NCBI GenBank assembly: GCA_963777875.1
Contig: CAVZSK010000022.1
Coordinates: forward strand, 119,353 to 183,352
Origin: an uncultured delta proteobacterium
GTDB taxonomy: Bacteria; Desulfobacterota; Desulfobaccia; Desulfobaccales; Desulfobaccaceae
DNA: 64,000 nt
Direction: 5' to 3'
The notes below the pieces were generated by a model. It searched no databases, had not been told where the DNA came from, and worked only from the letters and a program-made list of their open reading frames with translations. Made by a program: the position numbers and the translations under genes. This document shows positions 61,946-64,000 of this stretch, one piece after another. The first letter of the stretch is position 1. Every line of letters begins with the position of its first letter.

Positions 61946-63253
61946 GGTTCATCCGGAATAAGCGTATTTTGACAAAAAAGTGGACATGTGTTTCCTTAAA
62001 GACGACCCGCCAAAGTCGTTCAGAAAGGAAAAGCGTCCATGTCCACAAGTATACTTTATCATGGATTTGGCATTCAGGGATACCAGCATGTTCACACCAA
62101 AATTCATGGTGGCGCCATTCATTTCCGGGTACGACAGGATGTCTTTAATCTCCGCTGCCCGGTCTGTGGTTCATATAAAGTCAAGCGCCGAGGCAACGGT
62201 AATGCGCCGGTTTCGTACTGTTCCCATAGGTTCAAAGCCAGTCTGGATTGAATTACCAGTGCCACGAGTCGTATGTCTCCTGTGCAATATTGTGCGCCAG
62301 GTCAGGGTCAGATTTGCCTTGCGGCGGCGGAGCTATACTCGGGCCTTTGAACGCTATGCCTTAGAACTGTCGCAACACATGACCATTAAAGATGTGGCCC
62401 GGCATCTGGGAGTCAGTTGGGACGTCATCAAAGATATTCAGAAACGAAACCTGATGAGACGTTTTGCTTTTCCCCAGTTCCATAAACTTAAGCAGATCGC
62501 CATCGATGAAATCACCATTGGCAAAGGCCATCGCTACCTGACCATCGTGCTTGACTTGAAAAGTGGTGCCGTGTTTATGTCGGCGAGGGCAAAGGTGCCG
62601 AAGCCCTGGAACGGTTCTGGAAAATCCTCAGGCGGCAAAAGGTGCACATCGAAGCCGTGGCCACCGATCTGTCCCCAGCCTATATCAGCGCCGTCAGTAC
62701 TAACCTTCCCAAGGCGGTGCATGTCTTTGACCATTTTCATCTCATCAAACTCTTTAACGATGGCCTCTCTGATCTCCGGCGCAAACTCTACCATGAAGCC
62801 GAACTTATGCAGCGACAAGTCCTGAAGGGGAGCCGCTGGTTACTCCTGAAAAACCCGGAAAATCTTGACCCCAAACACCGGGAACAGGAACGGCTGGCAG
62901 CCGCCTTGGAACTCAATCAACCCTTGGCACTGGCCTACTATATGAAGGAAGACCTGCGCCAGATTTGGATGCAACCCGATAAAACCACAGCCACCCAAGT
63001 CTTGCACGATTGGGTGCAGAGGGCCTTTGCTTCGGGTATCTCCACGCTCATCAAGTTCGCCAAGACTGTGGCCCTCTATCGTTCAGGAATCCTGGCTTAT
63101 TATGATTACCCTATATCTACCGGCCCACTTGAGGGCACCAACAATAAAATCAAAACGATGAAACGGCAGGCCTACGGTTTTCGAGATCTGGAATTTTTCA
63201 AACTCAAAATCTTGGCACTTCACAAAACAAAGTACGCTTTAGTCGGATGAACC
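61946..63253 (+). mobile_element. ISL3-family insertion sequence (1308 bp)
   Basis: Imperfect terminal inverted repeats GGTTCATCCGgaatAAGCGTAtTTTG and GGTTCATCCGactaAAGCGTAcTTTG (right end, reverse complement) flank the transposase; no target duplication seen. Confidence 0.9.
62039..63250 (+). CDS. ISL3 transposase (frameshifts near 62195 and 62577)
   Basis: MSTSILYHGFG, CPVCG, IAIDE, DLS.AY, FDHFH, EGTNNKIK.MKRQAYGFRD. Confidence 0.92.
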
Positions 63254-63349
63254 AGCCTGCTGACGTCAGCGAACAAATCGACTTCAGGAAGGCAAACTAC
63301 TGAACCTGGGGCAATACAGCAGATTCACGTCGGGCCGCTTGAAAGCTCT

Positions 63350-63788
63350 TCAAGGGTCTCGGGCCAACACACCAAAAAAGGCAGGGCCATGGTTGACCCT
63401 GCCTTGATTATTTGTTTGGGGAATGTAGGTTAACTTTTCCTGGACCTCCGCCAGGCCGGCCAGGCGCAGGGCCCGGGGGATGAAGCCGGGGGGCCAGGCA
63501 GGGGAGAGCCAGCGGTAGATGCAGGCGTGGCCGAGGCCGAAGAGGATCCAGGCCGATGATGATGGGGGTGGGGTTGGCAACGACGAGGGGGAGGGGTTCG
63601 AGCTTGGTCCAGACGGCGATGAGTTTGGGGCTTTGCATGGGGGAGGTGAGCAGGATGCCGCGACCGTGCCAGCCGAAGCCGAGAGCCCGGAAGGTGAGGA
63701 GCATGGCCAGGTTCAGCACCAGGCCGCCGGCCAGGCCGGCCAGGAGGGTGCGCAGGAAGGAACGAAAGTGGGGGACGTGCGTGGTCAT
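63350..63788 (-). CDS. Hypothetical membrane protein, frameshifted and probably truncated
   Basis: RTLLAGLAGGLVLNLAMLLTF, QSPKLIAVW..LEPLP; continues in another frame as ILFGLGHACIYRWL. Confidence 0.5.
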
Positions 63789-63819
63789 GATTTATAATCA
63801 TACCATAGGATGAAATTAT

Positions 63820-63874
63820 GGCGAAGCGGAGCTTCGCATTACAGGGCGTTCCCAAGCGGGAGCTTGGGAACGAG
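63820..63874 (+). repeat. Double-hairpin intergenic repeat, copy 2
   Basis: GGCGAAGCGGAGCTTCGC-N10-GTTCCCAAGCGGGAGCTTGGGAACGAG. Confidence 0.75.
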
Positions 63875-64000
63875 AAAGCATGCTTTCAGAGCAACAAAGC
63901 TTAACATCCCGGGCACATGGGACAAGAAAAAAATCAGGTCCGGATCACTTCATACAGGCCGGGATAATGAGGAAACACCTCCATATAGGGACCGACCAGG

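Noticed and set aside
61938-63261. Target-site duplication around the ISL3 element
   Set aside because: The flanks TATCTTTG and AGCCTGCT do not match.

Overview
GC-rich chromosomal window from an anaerobic Desulfobacterota (deltaproteobacterium-like) genome; the taxon is inferred from gene content. Many genes are split by 1-nt indels, often in homopolymers, which points to long-read assembly error, so genes were reconstructed across frameshifts. Content in order: MscS and a TPR-beta-barrel protein; a mini AcsC/HgcA-like corrinoid protein; a receiver protein, glgC, cobC, mscS; a specialised grpE-Hsp70-unknown-J-like operon; a 13-kb redox cluster hdrC-hdrB-hdrL-mvhD(Sec)-metV-metF-qmoA-like hdrA, ending in a 978-aa HdrA/ferredoxin/MvhD/molybdopterin-domain/GcvH-like fusion; M20 hydrolase, ABC exporter, UPF0182, csp, RRM protein, tspO, mgtC; two convergent AORs with thiF and moaD; higBA, pirin, M23, a LivK-like protein; bcp; a cobalamin-riboswitch-controlled cbpA/cbpB radical SAM RiPP pair; a pentapeptide-repeat membrane protein; a second GcvH-like protein; an ISL3 element. 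The best candidates for novelty are: (1) a hidden ~859-aa selenoprotein (in-frame UGA plus SECIS-like hairpin) joining an octaheme cytochrome c to an FdnI-type cytochrome b; (2) the Hdr/MetFV cluster with its fusion protein, whose GcvH domain lacks the lipoyl Lys, and three related sigma-54 promoters; (3) the corrinoid protein with Met at the HgcA cobalt-ligand Cys position.
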